A DNA stretch of 64,000 nucleotides from Acidimicrobiia bacterium (GCA_965215185.1 OZ244034.1:2112001-2176000); one strand, 5' to 3'. Positions 30,102-40,356 are shown, numbered from the stretch's first letter. Translations and numbers: made by a program. The notes: generated by a model not told the origin, from the sequence alone.

Positions 30102-31195
30102 CCGCTGAGGTGTGGCGAGATCGTATCCCGGAACTGGAGCGGCAGTTGGTGGAGGTGGAGGAGACAATGGCTTCCCCGGAGGTCCTCTCCGATCACCGGC
30201 GGATGGCCGACGTGGGTCGACGGCGGGCCGAGCTTTGGCCGATCGTCAAGACCGCCCGCGCCTGGCAAGCCGCCCAGGAGGATGCCAGCGAGGCCGAGGA
30301 TATGGCAAAATCCGACCCAAGTCTGCGCGCCGAGCTATTGGAGTGGGCCGAAGAGAGACGCAGCGAAGCCGCTCGATTGGAAGTGGAGTTGCAGACGCTG
30401 ATGGTCCCGCCCGATCCTGACGACCATCGGGATGTGATCATGGAGATCAGGGCGGCCGCCGGAGGCGACGAGGCAGCAATCTGGGCCGGGGACCTGCTCC
30501 GCATGTATCAGAAGTTCGCCGACCGTCGTGGTCTGCGCACCGAGGAAATGGATGTCTCTGCATCCGGGGTGGGCGGATACAGCAAGGTGTCCTTCGCGGT
30601 GAAAGGTCGAGGGGCGTATGGAATGCTGAGGTACGAGGGTGGGGTGCATCGGGTGCAAAGGGTGCCGAAGACGGAGTCACAGGGCAGAATCCATACTTCC
30701 ACCGCCACCGTGGCAGTGCTGGCAGAAGCCGACGAGGTAGAGGTGGAAGTCAGCCCCGACGAAGTGCGAGTGGACGTTTTCCGCTCCTCCGGCCCAGGAG
30801 GACAGTCGGTCAACACCACCGACTCGGCAGTACGCATAACCCATCTGCCCACCGGGCTGGTGGTTAGTTGCCAGGACCAAAAGAGCCAGTTCCAAAACAA
30901 GGAGAAAGCGTTCCGGGTGCTGCGAGCCCGACTGTACCAGGTGGAGATGGAGAGGCGACACAAGGGTATAGCCGGCCAGCGACGGTCCCAGGTGGGCGGA
31001 GGGGACCGGTCCGAGAAGATCCGTACCTACAACTTCCGTGACAACCGGGTGACCGATCATCGGATCGGACTCACCCTCAAATCGCTCGACCGGGTGCTGG
31101 AGGGAGAAATCGACCGGTTAACCAACGAGTTGGCCGCCCGAGATCGCTCCGAAAAGCTGGTCTTGTCAATGGCTGGACCTCCCCATCCCAATTGA
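30098..31195 (+). CDS. prfA: Peptide chain release factor 1
   Basis: PKT (PxT) motif in RVPKTE, GPGGQSVNTTDSAVR, RSEKIRTYN; start ATG 30098 overlaps the upstream stop. Confidence 0.97.
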   Translation: MTAEVWRDRIPELERQLVEVEETMASPEVLSDHRRMADVGRRRAELWPIVKTARAWQAAQEDASEAEDMAKSDPSLRAELLEWAEERRSEAARLEVELQTLMVPPDPDDHRDVIMEIRAAAGGDEAAIWAGDLLRMYQKFADRRGLRTEEMDVSASGVGGYSKVSFAVKGRGAYGMLRYEGGVHRVQRVPKTESQGRIHTSTATVAVLAEADEVEVEVSPDEVRVDVFRSSGPGGQSVNTTDSAVRITHLPTGLVVSCQDQKSQFQNKEKAFRVLRARLYQVEMERRHKGIAGQRRSQVGGGDRSEKIRTYNFRDNRVTDHRIGLTLKSLDRVLEGEIDRLTNELAARDRSEKLVLSMAGPPHPN

Positions 31196-31214
31196 CCCCA
31201 GCCCGGCGGCCCAG

Positions 31215-32045
31215 ATGACTCACGTCGCCGATACCCCACTGCAAATATGCCGACGCAGTCGACTCCCCTACCACGAGGTGGAGAGGTTGATCGCCACCCT
31301 CACCCAGGACGCCATCCATCCCGGCCTGCCACTGCCTCCCGAGGTCGCAGCCCGAACCGAGAGGCTGATAAGAAAACGCCAAACCGGAGTCCCTCTTCAA
31401 TACCTGGAGGGACATGTCGATTTTGGCCCGCTGAAGCTGGCCGTGGATCGAAGGGCGCTGATTCCCCGACCCGAAACCGAACAGCTATGGGAATTGGCTG
31501 TCAAGACCGTCCGAGCAGACCCGCCAGCGGTGATAGTGGATCTCGGCACCGGCTCGGGCGCACTGGCTCTGGCGCTGAGCCGCTCCTTTCCGCAAGCACG
31601 GGTGGTGGCCACCGACATCTGCCCCCAGGCCATGGAGTTGGCCCGCCACAATATCGGAACGATCCCGTGGGCGCGGGACCGGATAGAGTTACGGGAAGGT
31701 GACCTCTTCGAGGCGCTTGCGGCCTCCCTGCGGGGCAAGGTGGACCTGTTGGTCTCCAATCCGCCCTACGTCGCGGAGAAAGAGTGGCCCCTTCTCCCCA
31801 TCGATGTGCGGGCCGAACCCTACCGGGCGTTGGTGGCCGGACCCCGTGGCACCGAAGTGCTGGAAAGGCTGGCAACCGAGGTCGAGCCCTGGTTGAGTCC
31901 CGCCGGTGCCGCAATTATCGAGATCGGGGAAACCCAAGCCGCAACCGTCACTGGTGCTTTTCGGTCACATGGCATGGATGCCGAAGTCCATCGCGATTTG
32001 GCAGGGCGACCCCGGTTCGTGATGGCCCGACCGGCAGCCCGGTGA
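31215..32045 (+). CDS. prmC: Release factor glutamine methyltransferase
   Basis: PLQYLEG, LIPRPETE, DLGTGSG, SNPPY; follows prfA. Confidence 0.95.
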   Translation: MTHVADTPLQICRRSRLPYHEVERLIATLTQDAIHPGLPLPPEVAARTERLIRKRQTGVPLQYLEGHVDFGPLKLAVDRRALIPRPETEQLWELAVKTVRADPPAVIVDLGTGSGALALALSRSFPQARVVATDICPQAMELARHNIGTIPWARDRIELREGDLFEALAASLRGKVDLLVSNPPYVAEKEWPLLPIDVRAEPYRALVAGPRGTEVLERLATEVEPWLSPAGAAIIEIGETQAATVTGAFRSHGMDAEVHRDLAGRPRFVMARPAAR

Positions 32046-32599
32046 ACTCTTCCCTGCTGGCGCAGGCCACCACCCTCTTGGAGGAGGGCAAAGTAGTGGG
32101 GGTGCCCACCGACACCGTTTACGGGCTTGCCGCCCATCATTGGGCACAAGAGGAACTCTTCCGGCTAAAGAGCCGCCCGGCCGGCAAGCCAATACCCGTG
32201 TTGGTTGGTTCTGTGGCCGATGCCCTCGAGTTGGCTGTCTTTCCCGCCCTCGCCCGGGAGTTGGCCGAAGCCCACTGGCCTGGGCCCCTCACCCTGGTGC
32301 TGGCTGTGGAAAAACCTGACGGGAACCAGGGCGGAAACACCGTCGGCCTTCGGATGCCCGATCATCCCCTCACCCTGGATTTGCTGAACCTGTGCGGACC
32401 GCTGGCGGTTACATCCGCCAACCGCTCAGGGGACGCGCCAGCCCGATCCGATCGGGAAGCTCAGGAAATCTTTGGCGCCCAGGTCGGGCTCTATCTACCG
32501 GGGGTCTGCCCGGGAGGGGTCGCTTCCACCGTAATCGAATTGCTGCCCAGTCTGCCGCCGAGAGCGCTCCGCGCCGGCCCCGTCACCCTGAATCACTAA
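32042..32599 (+). CDS. tsaC: L-threonylcarbamoyladenylate synthase (YrdC/Sua5 family)
   Basis: PTDTVYGL, KSRP, HWPGPLTLV, TSANRSG, ASTVI; GTG 32042 overlaps the prmC stop. Confidence 0.92.
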   Translation: MNSSLLAQATTLLEEGKVVGVPTDTVYGLAAHHWAQEELFRLKSRPAGKPIPVLVGSVADALELAVFPALARELAEAHWPGPLTLVLAVEKPDGNQGGNTVGLRMPDHPLTLDLLNLCGPLAVTSANRSGDAPARSDREAQEIFGAQVGLYLPGVCPGGVASTVIELLPSLPPRALRAGPVTLNH

Positions 32600-32793
32600 A
32601 AAGCGAGGCGGATTGCTCCGCTGTTTGAACCGGTTTGCAATTGATAAAATGGGTTCAGCTTGAAAACGGCGCCAGTGACGAGTGTCCCAGTGCATATGGC
32701 CACCCCGCCCACCCCCCGCGATCGGGCGATCCGCGGCCGAAAGAAACTGTGGCTGGATGTGGGTGAAGACACTCGGAGCAATAGAGGTCACTG

Positions 32794-33819
32794 ATGGACG
32801 CCGGGCTCACTCTGTTGGCGCACTTGGTACCGAGACTGACCAGCCAGGTAGAGGATGCGGCTACTGAGGCATTGGCATTCATCCTCAACAACTCGGCGGC
32901 TTGTCGCCGGGCCTTGGGCCGCCTTCTTCAGGGTGGAGACTTCGAGCCTAAAACAATCTGCTGGGTCGGAACACAGATCACTTATGAAGATGGGTCCCGC
33001 CCTGACGTGGTTGGCTACGACAAAAACGGCGCCCCGCGAGTGCTCGTCGAGGCCAAGTTTTGGGCCGGGCTCACCGACAGACAGCCAAACGCCTACCTGG
33101 CGAACTTACCGCCGGACGGCCCGGCTATTTTGCTTTTCATCGTCCCCACTGTCCGCCTCGAGTCGCTTTGGTCCGAGGTGAGCCGACGGGCAGCCGAGGA
33201 GTATATGCTGGTGCCGAACTCGGGATCCGGTAACCTGCGAAGAGCGGCAATCGAAGACAGCAAACGTCACCTGATGATGACCGGTTGGCGCTACATCCTC
33301 GGCACCTTGCATGAGGCCGCAGTTTCGGGAGGCGAAAAGGAAACGGAGTTCGAAATAGCTCAACTGCAAGGATTGGCTGACAACATGGAGATGGATACGG
33401 ACGCCTTCCTGCCTTTGAATGCGGGAGAGCTGGAACCGGATATCCCGCGCCGGATGCTGGCGCTCATGCGGCTGGTGGATGAATCGGTCGAACGGGTTCA
33501 GGCCAAGGGATCGGTGTCGGGTCTACGCGACTACGTGCCCTCGGGGGGTGGCTACGGGAAAAGTTTTCACCTCAACGGCGTGCAAGTGTAGTTTGGAATC
33601 TATCTGAGACAGTGGGCTCAGCATGAAACATCGCCGCTGTGGGTGTGGCCCTGGCAGAAAAAGGACCGCTACTTGTTGCGTAACAACCATATCAGGAACC
33701 CCGACGGCAATCACTTTCCGGTGGTCCTGCCCCTCGACGCCGACTACGACGCTGTCCTGGAAGAGACCGTGTCCCAAATCGAAGAGATGGGCCGTTTGTT
33801 CGAAAAGCACGCGGAGTGA
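32794..33819 (+). pseudogene. PD-(D/E)XK nuclease-like protein interrupted by in-frame TAG (33589-33591)
   Basis: RPDVVG...VLVEAKFWAGLT..QPNAY motif; frame stays open 75 more sense codons after the TAG (FGIYLRQWAQHETSPLWVW...) to TGA 33817-33819. Confidence 0.7.
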
Positions 33820-33826
33820 AACCGGG

Positions 33827-35458
33827 TTAGGAAGGGCGGAGAGCCCGCCGCATGATCTTGCCGGTGGTAGTTCGGGGTAATTCGTCCAGGAAAGTGACCT
33901 GGCTGGGAGTTTCGTGAGCAGCCAGCCGGGTTCGGACATGGCTCTGAAGCTCGGAGGCGAGTTGCTCCGAAGGCTCGAAACCGGGCCGCAGCACCACGAA
34001 GGCGGCGGGTACGTGACCGCGGATTTCATCGGGGACCCCCACCACCGCACACATCGCCACCGCCGGGTGGGTCATCAGGCTCTCCTCGATCTCCCCGGGT
34101 CCTATCCGGTATCCCCGAGAAGTGATCACGTCATCCTTACGGCTGCGAAACCACAGGTAACCATCGGAATCCTCGATGCCCAGATCGCCGGTGAGCAGCC
34201 AACCCTCGCGATACTTTTCGGCTGTCGCATCGGGCCGATTCCAGTAGCCGAGCATCATCACCGGATCGGGGGATCGAACACAGATCTCCCCCTCCCGGTC
34301 GATCAGGCGGTTCCCCTGTTCGTCTTGGATCTCCACCTCGTGTCCCGGGAGGGCCCGGCCCATCGATCCGGGCCTGACCGGCCAAACGGAGGCGCAGTTG
34401 CCTATCACCAGATTGGCCTCGGTCTGTCCGTAACCCTCGTTTATGTGACATCCCAGCGTCTGCTCCGACCACTCCAACATCTCCGCTCCCAGGAGCTCGC
34501 CCCCAGTGAATATCGCCCGCAGTGACAGATCGGAACGGGTTGCCCCCGAGGCCCGCATCATCTTCAAAGCAGTGGGCGGCAGGAAAGCCAGGGTCACCCG
34601 ATGCTCGGCCATCAGGTCAAAAGCGGCGCAGGGATCGAACCTCTCTTTGTCGGAGGTGACAACCGGTATGCCGTAATACCAGGCGGGGATCAAGGCGTCC
34701 ATCAGACCCCCCAGCCAGGCCCAATCGGCGGGGGTCCACATGATGTCGTTCGGCTCGGGAGGAAAATCGTAGTAACACTTGAAGCCGGTGAGATGCCCGA
34801 ACAGGGAACGGTGGGCATGAAGCGCCCCCTTGGGCTGTCCGGTTGTACCCGAGGTGTAGATCAGATAGGCGGGATCCTCCGCCCGAGTGTCGAGAGGGTC
34901 CTCCAAGGCCGGGCCGGAACAGAGCGCATCGAAGTCGGGACCAATCTCGATGATCGGCAAGTGGGGCGCCGCTTCCCGCAGTTTGGAGCGGTTATCGGGG
35001 TGGACAATGGCTGCTTTGGCGCCCGAATCAGAAAGGCGATAGGAGATTGCGTCGGGTCCGAACAGGGAGGCCAGCGGCAATGAAATCGCTCCCAGCTTCC
35101 ACAAAGCAAGATGAGCCAAACCCACCTCCAGCGATTGGGGAGCGACGATGACAACCCGATCGCCTGGTCCGATCCCTTGCCGGGCCAGACCTTCGGCCAA
35201 GCACGCCGAACGACCCGCCAAATCCCCGAACGTGTGCCTGGCAACCGCTCCCGACCCGTCCACGGCAACCAACGCGGTGGCCTCCGGTTCCTGCTGGTCC
35301 GCGCAAGCCACGCCCAGATTGAACCTTTCGGGAATATTCCACCTGAACCTGTCCCGCAGAGTTTCATAGGTCATGCCCTGGTGGGGAATCAGCAACCGTC
35401 GGGTGGCTGGATTCACCGGGGAACCTCCCCTATGTTGTTCTCCATCCACACCGGTCAC
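33827..35458 (-). CDS. Acyl-CoA synthetase (AMP-binding, medium-chain/acetyl-CoA synthetase-like)
   Basis: YTSGTTGQPKG, YGQTE, TGD, RKDDVI, LPRTTTGKI; exact start uncertain. Confidence 0.92.
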   Translation of the reverse strand: MTGVDGEQHRGGSPVNPATRRLLIPHQGMTYETLRDRFRWNIPERFNLGVACADQQEPEATALVAVDGSGAVARHTFGDLAGRSACLAEGLARQGIGPGDRVVIVAPQSLEVGLAHLALWKLGAISLPLASLFGPDAISYRLSDSGAKAAIVHPDNRSKLREAAPHLPIIEIGPDFDALCSGPALEDPLDTRAEDPAYLIYTSGTTGQPKGALHAHRSLFGHLTGFKCYYDFPPEPNDIMWTPADWAWLGGLMDALIPAWYYGIPVVTSDKERFDPCAAFDLMAEHRVTLAFLPPTALKMMRASGATRSDLSLRAIFTGGELLGAEMLEWSEQTLGCHINEGYGQTEANLVIGNCASVWPVRPGSMGRALPGHEVEIQDEQGNRLIDREGEICVRSPDPVMMLGYWNRPDATAEKYREGWLLTGDLGIEDSDGYLWFRSRKDDVITSRGYRIGPGEIEESLMTHPAVAMCAVVGVPDEIRGHVPAAFVVLRPGFEPSEQLASELQSHVRTRLAAHETPSQVTFLDELPRTTTGKIMRRALRPS

Positions 35459-35467
35459 ATCCCCAAG

Positions 35468-36199
35468 TCAAGAGCCGCCCTCGCCCGCGGCCAGACGAAC
35501 CGCCTTCACCAACTTCACCGGCCTCCCTTCCAAACTGTGGTCTCCCGCCTGCTCGATCCGAAAGCCCTGCTCAATGAGCAGATCGCCCAGCCGATCGGTA
35601 TCGACTTCGTGGAAGAACCCGGACTTTGCGTGCCGGCTGCGGTTGTAGGAGGCATGCCGCGGATGAGTGGGGTCACTGAACTGCTCATCCAAGAGCAACA
35701 GGCGCCCTCCCGGGCGGATAATCCGCGCCAATTCGGCGCAGGCCTGGCGATCATCACCCCAGTGGTGCACACAGTTGATTGACCACGCGCCATCAACTGA
35801 CGCTTCGTCGACAGGTATCTCCTCGGCTTTTCCTTTTAGGACGACTATGCGCCCTATGTCACCGCCCATTCTCTGTCTGAGTCTCAAGATCCCTCTCATC
35901 AGAGGTGACGGATCAACCGCCAAGACTTGACCCTCGCCAACCCGCCTGGCGGCTGCCAACACCGCCGGCCCCATGCCTGCTCCCACATCGAGCATTGTCT
36001 CTCCCTCGGAAGGGTCGATCAGCCCCACCACCGCATCGTTGATGGGAGACCTCCACAGTTGGGGGGTGTGTTTCAGATAGTTGAGTTGGCGCCACCAACC
36101 CTCTTTATGATGACCGTGGGCATGTCCCTGATCGTGGTGGGAGTGATGGTCGGACTGATTGTGGTCGTTTTGTTCTGGGGTGTTCTGATCAGCTTCCAT
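35468..36199 (-). CDS. Class I SAM-dependent methyltransferase with His-rich N-terminus
   Basis: LDVGAGMG, AVDPS, HHW, RIIRPGGRL; N-terminal DHHSHHDQGHAHGHH. Confidence 0.85.
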   Translation of the reverse strand: MEADQNTPEQNDHNQSDHHSHHDQGHAHGHHKEGWWRQLNYLKHTPQLWRSPINDAVVGLIDPSEGETMLDVGAGMGPAVLAAARRVGEGQVLAVDPSPLMRGILRLRQRMGGDIGRIVVLKGKAEEIPVDEASVDGAWSINCVHHWGDDRQACAELARIIRPGGRLLLLDEQFSDPTHPRHASYNRSRHAKSGFFHEVDTDRLGDLLIEQGFRIEQAGDHSLEGRPVKLVKAVRLAAGEGGS

Positions 36200-36238
36200 A
36201 TCTTCTTCTTATCACATATCTGTCGTCAGGGCCGATAA

Positions 36239-37534
36239 TCACAGTTCGGCCAATGTTTCGGCTGCCGCCGCCAACGCGGCTTCCATGTCCTCGACGGTGT
36301 GGGCCGCAGATAGATACCACAGCCCTCTTCCAATGAGCCTTATTCCCCGACGGTGCATGCCCGCCACGAATCGCCCGTATTTGGCAGTGTCGTAGGAAAG
36401 GGTATCGCGATAATCCCTGATCTGCTCGGCGGAAGTGAAACCGGCATGGAACATAGGTCCGGGGCCTTCCACCCGCATGGGGTGCCCCGCCTCGGAGGAA
36501 ATACCACGGAGCCTTTCAACAAATTCGGCGCCCAGCCGGAAGAGACGATCGTGGACCTGTTGCTTCTCCAGAATCTCCAGGGTCGCCACCGCCGCCGCCA
36601 CTGTGGGGTTGGATGAGTTCATGGTCCCGGCGTGCAAGGCCGTTCCCTTCACCACGTGCTCCATAACCTCCGCCCTCCCCGCCAAAGCGCTGATCGGATA
36701 CCCGTTGGCCATGGCCTTGCCAAAAGTTGCCAGGTCGGGAACCACTCCAAAGTATCCCTGCGCCCCGGACATTCCCAGCCGGAACCCGGTGATCACCTCA
36801 TCGAAGATCAGCACGGCTCCATAGAAGGAACAGAGCGAACGAAGACCCTCCAGGAATCCCTCGGTGGGCAGGATGCAACCGCTGTTGCACATGACGGGCT
36901 CAGTTATCACCGCCGCGATCCCCTCGGAGTCGGACGCCAGCACTCTCTCTACGGCATCCAGATCGTTCCAGCACGCAGTGGTTACTTCGGCGTCCGAAGA
37001 GGAAGGGCGACCCTGAGTCCAGGGCACCGGCCGGGGTCGGAGCCGGGATCCCAATGCGTCGGCCGACGGCGCTGAGACACTCACCGCCACATTGTCGAAC
37101 CAGCCGTGGTAGTGACCCTCGAACTTCAGAAAGCGGGTTCTTCCGGTATGCACCCGGGCGGCCCGCAGGGCAGCGTGGACGGCTTCTGAGCCGCTCAGGC
37201 TGAACCGCACCAAGTCTGCACAGGGAACCACCCGCTGCAGCGTCTCCGCCAACTCCAATTCCGCCAGGTGTTGACCAGCAAAGATCTGACCGGAAGCGGT
37301 CGCCCTCGCCACCGCTTCCACCACCTCGGGTCGGGAGTGGCCGAGGATGAGCGGACCTTGGCTGAGCGTGAAATCCAGGTAGGTATTGCCATCAACATCG
37401 GTGATCCGGCTCCCCTCTCCCGACTCGTAAAACAGTGGATGGGGGTATTCATACGAGCGGAACTGACTGGAAACCCCTCCAGCCAAAGCTTTCTGCGCCC
37501 GTTGATATAGCTCTGCAGATTTTCGATGTTCCAT
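36239..37534 (-). CDS. Class III PLP aminotransferase, glutamate-1-semialdehyde aminomutase-like
   Basis: DVDGNTYLD, SGSEA, KFEGHYHG, FDEVITGFR, FGKAMANG; substrate not assignable. Confidence 0.88.
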   Translation of the reverse strand: MEHRKSAELYQRAQKALAGGVSSQFRSYEYPHPLFYESGEGSRITDVDGNTYLDFTLSQGPLILGHSRPEVVEAVARATASGQIFAGQHLAELELAETLQRVVPCADLVRFSLSGSEAVHAALRAARVHTGRTRFLKFEGHYHGWFDNVAVSVSAPSADALGSRLRPRPVPWTQGRPSSSDAEVTTACWNDLDAVERVLASDSEGIAAVITEPVMCNSGCILPTEGFLEGLRSLCSFYGAVLIFDEVITGFRLGMSGAQGYFGVVPDLATFGKAMANGYPISALAGRAEVMEHVVKGTALHAGTMNSSNPTVAAAVATLEILEKQQVHDRLFRLGAEFVERLRGISSEAGHPMRVEGPGPMFHAGFTSAEQIRDYRDTLSYDTAKYGRFVAGMHRRGIRLIGRGLWYLSAAHTVEDMEAALAAAAETLAEL

Positions 37535-37576
37535 CTTAGCCAAATCTTACGACCAAATACCGACCAGTGGGATGGA

Positions 37577-38851
37577 TCATCCCGACACCAACCACAGGTC
37601 TCCAACATTCGTCCCGGTGGGCCCGGTGTTCACCACGTCACCGCAGGCCGCCAGATACGAGGAGGAGTCGTAACGCCGCAGATAATCCCACCGCTGCAGG
37701 CCGACGGCTCGGCCCCGCTCCACCGTCTGAGCGTCCACCAGGCCTCCAGCCGCTTCACTCGCCCCATCGATCCCATCGGTGGCGAAACCCCCGAAAACAC
37801 CCCTTCCTCGCTCGTTCAGCCATCCGGCGGCCACCAGAGCGGCATGTTGGTTACGGCCGCCCCGGCCCGCAGAAGCCATGTCGACCCTCACCGTCGTCTC
37901 GCCCCAATACACATCCACCAAATCCGGAACCGACCTCGCCACCACCAACCGAGCCGCTTCTTCCGCCTCGCCAACCACCGGGGCTGTGACTATGCGCGCC
38001 GCTAGACCCTGAGCCTCCAACTCGCCATGGGCGGCGCCTGCCGCACCCAAACCATCGGCGATCACCGCGAACGGGTCCCTGCCGGGCTTTTTGGTGGAAG
38101 ATGACAAGCCCCCGAGGTACTCCACCACTGCAGGTGGGATTCTGGGCATCAGTTGGTAGTCGGTCAGCACCGCCCGGGCATCGCCGGGGGTGGTGTCATC
38201 GGCCAGGGTGGGCCCGGAAGCGATGGCGGCGGCGGGTCCATCCACCACATCGGAGATCAGCAGAGATGCCACGGGTCGCTCACCGGCCACTTTCGCGATT
38301 CCCCCGTTCTTGACCGAAGACAACTGCCTGCGCACTGTGTTCATCTCCGCGATGGGAACCCCGCCGGTGACCAGCGCCCGACCCACCATTTCCAGATCTT
38401 CGAAGGTGATCCCCGGGGCGGGGACCTCCACAAGAGACGATCCCCCTCCCGACACCAGCACCAGCAGCAACTCGTCGGGATGCCCCTCGGCCGCCACCTG
38501 CAGTGCAGCCCGACCCGCCGCCAAACTGGCCCGGCCCGGATAGGGGTGATCACCGACCATCACCCCGATGCGAGGATGAGGAGCAGGTCGGTGGTGATCG
38601 GCGATGATCAAGCCGGACACCACCCGAGAACCGAGGGCCGCCACCGCCCCGGCGGCCATCCCGTGAGCCCCCTTCCCCACCGCCAACACTCGCACTCCAC
38701 CTCTTGTTTCGACACTTTCTCCCCCCACCTGCAGGCGATCTCCTGTTTCTGACAGGTACCTATGGGTGACGAAGTATGGATCCACCGATCGAAGGGCCGC
38801 CCGGTAGCTGGCCAGAAAAGCCGCCCTGATGGACTGAGTCGCCAACGTCAA
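37577..38851 (-). CDS. Glycerate 2-kinase family (DUF4147/MOFRL)
   Basis: VGKGA, HPYP, VSGGGSSL, ISDVV, IASGPT, GETTV, GGRNQ, TDGIDG, TGPTGTNVGD. Confidence 0.92.
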   Translation of the reverse strand: MTLATQSIRAAFLASYRAALRSVDPYFVTHRYLSETGDRLQVGGESVETRGGVRVLAVGKGAHGMAAGAVAALGSRVVSGLIIADHHRPAPHPRIGVMVGDHPYPGRASLAAGRAALQVAAEGHPDELLLVLVSGGGSSLVEVPAPGITFEDLEMVGRALVTGGVPIAEMNTVRRQLSSVKNGGIAKVAGERPVASLLISDVVDGPAAAIASGPTLADDTTPGDARAVLTDYQLMPRIPPAVVEYLGGLSSSTKKPGRDPFAVIADGLGAAGAAHGELEAQGLAARIVTAPVVGEAEEAARLVVARSVPDLVDVYWGETTVRVDMASAGRGGRNQHAALVAAGWLNERGRGVFGGFATDGIDGASEAAGGLVDAQTVERGRAVGLQRWDYLRRYDSSSYLAACGDVVNTGPTGTNVGDLWLVSG

Positions 38852-39576
38852 GGTTTGACGATTTTGAAGGCCTCCGCCGCTTCCAAACCGACCGGATCAC
38901 CCGCTTCAAAGGCCCGTTGGGTGATCTTGGCCGAGAACCGCTCACGGTGGGCGGCAGAGACCGTGGCATCGTCCATGGTGGTCTCGGTCTGGCTGGAGTG
39001 ACACAGCAACGCCGCAATCTTTTTATCAACGAACCCGATTATATCTTCACGGTGGTCGGGCTGGTCGGTACCCCAGTAGAGAATGGCATCGGGTCGGTGT
39101 TTGCCCATCCCTTCAGCTAGTTGGTCCGGATAGAAGAGATGATCCCGGGCCGCCACCACCCCGTCACTGGCGGCTATCCCAGTCACTCGGTGGTCGGGGT
39201 GCAGCAGATAACGCCTCCACGGATCATGGGTGAGAATCACATTGGGACGCAGTGTTCTGATCCACCAGCACAGCGTCTCCCGAAGCTGCATGGAGTATTC
39301 CAGTTCTCCGTCTACCCGGCCCAGCATCACCACCTCGCCAGTGACGCCCAGCACCGAAGCCGAGCGCAGCTGCTCGGTTCGGCGAACCTCGATCAACTCG
39401 GCGGGATTGGTGTGGGGATCCCAACTTCCCTTCGACCCGTCGGTCATCACCAGCATCGACGCTTCGCACCCTCCTGCTGACCACTTGGAAAGCACCCCTC
39501 CCGCTCCGAACTCAGCGTCATCGGGGTGGGCTCCAATCGTCAGCGCCCGCTCGGGAGTCGGCAACTGCTCACTCAC
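38848..39576 (-). CDS. PIG-L family deacetylase
   Basis: AHPDDAE, TDGSKG, HPDH, HSSQ. Confidence 0.9.
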   Translation of the reverse strand: MSEQLPTPERALTIGAHPDDAEFGAGGVLSKWSAGGCEASMLVMTDGSKGSWDPHTNPAELIEVRRTEQLRSASVLGVTGEVVMLGRVDGELEYSMQLRETLCWWIRTLRPNVILTHDPWRRYLLHPDHRVTGIAASDGVVAARDHLFYPDQLAEGMGKHRPDAILYWGTDQPDHREDIIGFVDKKIAALLCHSSQTETTMDDATVSAAHRERFSAKITQRAFEAGDPVGLEAAEAFKIVKP

Positions 39577-39704
39577 CTTCGATCCTTCCTCCTTCTTGTC
39601 GTCCGGTTTCGGGGGACCGGCCTACAGACGAGCACGGTTGCAAGCCTGGAATCCCGTCAGCACTTGAGGAGTTGACGAAACCGATGGCCTTCGCTCATCA
39701 CAGC

Positions 39705-40346
39705 CTACTTATCCAAGTCCATCTGAGTCTTGAGCATCTCCGCCTCCGATATCGAGCCCGCCAACCACCGGCCCCGGGGATGGGACAGAGCAGCTCGAAG
39801 GTCGGAAGGGCGGTCGAGATCCAATGCCAGACCGGGACGAAAAATGATCCGCGGAGAGCGGCGTCGCAGCGCAGATAGGTGGCGATGGAAACTCCCCTTT
39901 CCGTAGGCGAACCCAAAGCCAGAATCAACGGGGCCACCTATCAGGGAAGTGCCCCCGTCCGAGGAAGGCGCCAGCACCCATCCCCCAGAGCGGACGGTCT
40001 CTATGGCGACTCGAAGGTCAGCCGCCGATAAAAGGGGCAGATCGGCGTGGACGATCATCCAACCCATTTTCAGTCGCCCGGCAACGGAAACCGCCCCGGC
40101 CGCGGCCTGGTTCAGAGAGGGCTTTTGGTCCAAAATTGCCTCCCAGCCATGTGCTGCCGCCCAGTCCATCACCACCTGGTCGGCGGCCAACGCCAACGGT
40201 TGGGCTTCCGCTTCGACAATGGCGGCCATTACCTTGGCGGCCATTTCCAGACTCAGTCTCCGCCGGGTCTGGGGAGCCAGCACCGAAGCCAGCCGGGATT
40301 TGGGCGAGATCGCATGCCTTGCGGGAACTGCCGCCAAGACCTCCAT
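39705..40346 (-). CDS. cofC: 2-phospho-L-lactate/PEP guanylyltransferase (F420 biosynthesis)
   Basis: KSRLASVL, LNQA, HADLP, DGGTS, YGKGSFHRH, LDLDRPSDL; start set to ATG 40346. Confidence 0.85.
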   Translation of the reverse strand: MEVLAAVPARHAISPKSRLASVLAPQTRRRLSLEMAAKVMAAIVEAEAQPLALAADQVVMDWAAAHGWEAILDQKPSLNQAAAGAVSVAGRLKMGWMIVHADLPLLSAADLRVAIETVRSGGWVLAPSSDGGTSLIGGPVDSGFGFAYGKGSFHRHLSALRRRSPRIIFRPGLALDLDRPSDLRAALSHPRGRWLAGSISEAEMLKTQMDLDK

Positions 40347-40356
40347 AGCCAGAGCG

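Noticed and set aside
32612-32782. MITE bounded by 9-bp inverted repeats
   Set aside because: Short repeat, no target-site duplication and no second copy in the window.
14418-33591. Two in-frame TAG codons as evidence for amber recoding or pyrrolysine
   Set aside because: Many clear genes here (e.g. fhs, the Fe-S subunit, FNR) end at TAG, RF1 is intact, and no pyl genes are visible; point mutation or error is simpler.
36239-37534. Calling the class III aminotransferase hemL
   Set aside because: No heme genes adjacent and the sequence fits the broader GSA-like paralog group; symbol withheld.
39603-39699. SAM riboswitch, SRP RNA or hammerhead ribozyme
   Set aside because: Only partial word matches; diagnostic cores are absent. 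Kept as an unassigned structured spacer.
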